From contig DATAXY010000025.1 in NCBI GenBank assembly GCA_036272835.1, positions 334,155 to 374,154 of the forward strand: DNA of 40,000 bases. Reading direction: 5' to 3'. Each line of letters opens with the position of its first letter. Position 1 is the first letter of the stretch. Positions 37,877 through 40,000 of the stretch are shown here, piece after piece. The translations under genes and the position numbers were made by a program. This DNA is from Bryobacteraceae bacterium. GTDB taxonomy: Bacteria; Acidobacteriota; Terriglobia; Bryobacterales; Bryobacteraceae. The notes beneath the pieces were generated by a model. It was not told the origin of the DNA. It saw only the letters and a program-made list of their open reading frames with translations, and did no database searches.

Positions 37877-38369
37877 TCCTCACGTTCTTTATCTGGACGA
37901 GGACATAAGCGGTAATAAGTTGGCATCCCTGCTACTGCAAGCACGAATAGCGGTGAAGAACTATGAATCACTGCTTAGGAAAAATAAGAAGGTTCCGGAT
38001 GGTCGTGTGATTCTCACTAGCGCCAAGGCTAACTTTGTACTCGTAACGACAGACAAGAGGATGGAGGCCGAATGGGTCGAGGACATCATCATGAACAGGG
38101 CAAAGGTGCTCCTTTTAACTGATGAGTGCGGTGGCCCGATACATTGGGCGTCAGCACTAATTTGCGGACAGTCAGCCTGGACAAGAGTTCTTCTTGATCA
38201 TCATGGCGAGCCTCTGACCATGAGGGTTAATAGAAACGGCTCCGTTACAAAAGTGACGGGAGAAAAAGAACTCAGGGAGCGTAGCGATGCTCTGTTTCAG
38301 TCAAACGTTGTTCGTGCCAAGCGGAGCGGGGAGACGTTGCCTCGCCGCGTAATGAAAAAACACGCGTGA
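37842..38369 (+). CDS. DUF5615 / PIN-like (VapC45-like) toxin candidate
   Basis: 175-aa ORF overlapping the upstream gene by 35 bp. LYLDEDISGNKLASLL...DGRVILTSAKANFVLVTTDKRM fits the D-E..D..T.D acidic pattern of DUF5615. Confidence 0.55.
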   Translation: MRRRSNTKQPHDPHVLYLDEDISGNKLASLLLQARIAVKNYESLLRKNKKVPDGRVILTSAKANFVLVTTDKRMEAEWVEDIIMNRAKVLLLTDECGGPIHWASALICGQSAWTRVLLDHHGEPLTMRVNRNGSVTKVTGEKELRERSDALFQSNVVRAKRSGETLPRRVMKKHA

Positions 38370-38561
38370 AAGTGTGCACTAGATGAGGTCAACCCCTAAG
38401 CCCATGCGGATTACACCTGAGTTAACTTCACTCTGTAAAAGGCAACCACCAGCCCGAACTGATGAACGCAGCATTCCGTGCTGTACTGAAACTTCCGCAC
38501 GCAGCAGTATGAAGGACGCAGCAAGGCGGGAGCGAGCAAGCGCGAAGAAGAAGTCCGCCTA

Positions 38562-39401
38562 ATGCGAACTATCAGCGAAGTTATCAGTGAAATCCGCTTT
38601 TCGCTTTCTCGTGCCCTCAGCTTGGTTCATAAGAATGAGACGCTTCTAACGTCACAGCTGGAAGAACATGAAGACCAAATAGCCAAGCGAGAAGTTGAGG
38701 CTGAAATCGAATTTTTTGTTAACCAAGCATTTAGGCGCGCTGTTGTAATGGCAGAGGTTAGAGGATTAAAGAGCACCCGTAGCTCCATTGAACGACTTTA
38801 TAAAGAAGCGCAAGGTCAGCTTTCAAGTTTCGAAGACGTTCATGGGGAGATCTATCTTAAGTGGCAGCCACGGCTAGAGGAGTTCTTAGACGCATTACAG
38901 ATTGCGCTAGGCGAGCCGAGTTCGGCACTAATAACGAGAGAGATTATCAGCATACTAAAAGAGACTCAATATAGCATCACGAGACCAATATATTTCGGCA
39001 GAGTTCCCGAGAAGGAAAAAGACGTGCATGATCGGATCGAAGCGATTTTGCGATGTATATTTCCTGACATGAAGCATAAGCCTCACGTTGGCACGTTCTT
39101 GAAAAACTTCGAGCCGGACACTGGCCTTCCTTCGATTAAGACACTCCTGGAATATAAGTTTGTCAAGAGCGACAACGAGGCCCGGACTGTCTTAGATCAG
39201 CTGTTTTCGGATGTCGTTGGTTATTCATCCCCTGAGTGGAAAACACTCATCTGCGTTATCTATGAAACGAAGCGTGTCTTTTCGGAGAAGCAGTGGAACA
39301 CCGAGGTGAAGTCGAGACCGGCTTTTCAGGATTCGGGAGTTGCCGAGAACGTCCAGGTAGTTGTAATCTCTGGAGATTCCCCCCGGGGTTCGAAGGCGTA
39401 A
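38562..39401 (+). CDS. Hypothetical protein with C-terminal PD-(D/E)xK-like nuclease motif
   Basis: 279-aa ORF. The N-terminal half looks like a coiled coil. The C-terminal FEPDTGLPSIKTLLEYKFVK fits D-x(n)-E-x-K of the restriction-endonuclease-like fold. No family recognised. Confidence 0.4.
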   Translation: MRTISEVISEIRFSLSRALSLVHKNETLLTSQLEEHEDQIAKREVEAEIEFFVNQAFRRAVVMAEVRGLKSTRSSIERLYKEAQGQLSSFEDVHGEIYLKWQPRLEEFLDALQIALGEPSSALITREIISILKETQYSITRPIYFGRVPEKEKDVHDRIEAILRCIFPDMKHKPHVGTFLKNFEPDTGLPSIKTLLEYKFVKSDNEARTVLDQLFSDVVGYSSPEWKTLICVIYETKRVFSEKQWNTEVKSRPAFQDSGVAENVQVVVISGDSPRGSKA

Positions 39402-39565
39402 CCCAAACGATCTCTTGTGCATCGAGTAGCGGCATCGAAACACCGCAAGACGTTTGCCTGGCGCGTTTTTACGATCACCGCAAATCTGATTCGCCAATTC
39501 TCGGATTAACAATTTTGAGCACCTGGCGTTCTAGGTCTTTTTAACTAGCCCACTCGATTCGGATT

Positions 39566-39602
39566 GGGGGGTGCAGTTTTGCCGCTCTCTATCTCCTATC
39601 CC
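39566..39602. repeat. Right terminal inverted repeat
   Basis: Its reverse complement matches 27810..27846 at 34/37 positions, with the first 19 nt identical. Confidence 0.9.
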
Positions 39603-39616
39603 CCAATCAGGCCAAT
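39603..39616. repeat. Target-site duplication, right copy (CCAATCAGGCCAAT)
   Basis: Identical to 27796..27809. Confidence 0.85.
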
Positions 39617-40000
39617 GCCAAACTATCTACGGGTCCTCGGACCGAAGAGGGCCGAGCCAGATCCTCTCACAACGCCGTCCGCACGGCGCTGACCGGCCGC
39701 ACCGTTCTGCTGCCCACCGATGATGTCGAGGAATACAAGAAGCACGTCGCCCGCTTCGAAGCCGAGTTCAAACCCGTCACCGAGCGCGAAAAAGAACTCA
39801 CCCAGAACATCGCCGAGACCCAGTGGCGCATCGATCGGATTTTCTCCCTCGAACAAGGCATCTACGCCGTCGGCCGCGTCGAATTCGCCGATCTCTTCCA
39901 AAACCAGGATGAGGCCGTCCGCGCCGCCATGATCGACGTGAAAACTCTGACCACCTATCAGCGCCAGCTCAACAATCTCTCGCTTCAAGAGGAACGTCTT
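39603..40000 (+). pseudogene. 3' portion of the interrupted host hypothetical gene (continues beyond the window)
   Basis: The frame from 39605 reads NQAN AKLSTGPRTEEGRARSSHNAVRTALTGRTVLLPTDDVEEYKKHVARFEAEF... and is open to the window end. It has no start codon of its own. Track ORF 39623..39988 (-) is its antisense shadow. Confidence 0.8.

Larger units (their letters stand above)
27810..39602. mobile_element. Casposon-like self-synthesizing transposon (solo Cas1 casposase + family-B DNA polymerase + cargo), 11,793 bp
   Basis: TIRs at both ends, a flanking 14/15-bp direct repeat, interruption of a host ORF, visibly lower GC than the flanks, and intact cas1 and polB with no CRISPR array or other cas genes. 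Confidence 0.85.

Noticed and set aside
39623-39988. 121-aa minus-strand ORF at the right edge of the window.
   Set aside because: It is the antisense shadow of the plus-strand 3' fragment of the interrupted host gene, which has the convincing, rejoinable protein sequence.

Overview
High-GC bacterial chromosomal window. The host is probably an Acidobacteriota genome; this is inferred from an ADOP-type duplicated MacB/FtsX permease, PadR remnants and overall gene content. Bases 1-27.7 kb carry ordinary housekeeping and metabolic genes: hyi-like isomerase, methyltransferase, ADOP permease, esterase, SGNH hydrolase, sco, ctaB/cyoE, Thermus-type icd, purE-purK, acyltransferase, MFS sugar porter, tRNA-Ala(CGC), dcd, dut, long thyX-like, fliS with a consensus sigma-28 promoter, ppx/gppA, rpsT, grpE-dnaJ, topoisomerase IB, class-III aminotransferase, secreted aspartyl protease, HPS/KGPDC-family enzyme and Zn-ADH. 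The main finding is an 11,793-bp insertion (27810..39602). It is bounded by ~37-bp imperfect terminal inverted repeats and a perfect 14-bp (possibly 15-bp) target-site duplication, and it splits a host protein-coding gene whose two halves can be rejoined in frame. The element encodes a solo Cas1 (no cas2 and no CRISPR array in the window) and a complete family-B DNA polymerase. This is the architecture of a casposon, a self-synthesizing Cas1-dependent transposon. Cargo genes are an HNH nuclease, a SIR2-like DUF4917 protein, a Zn/HNH-like protein, HTH proteins, a VapBC45-like (DUF433/DUF5615) pair and a PD-(D/E)xK-like protein. Just upstream of the insertion lies a decayed PadR gene whose core has been replaced by a secreted TonB-C-like domain. 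All functional calls rest on motif recognition by eye; no database searches were run.
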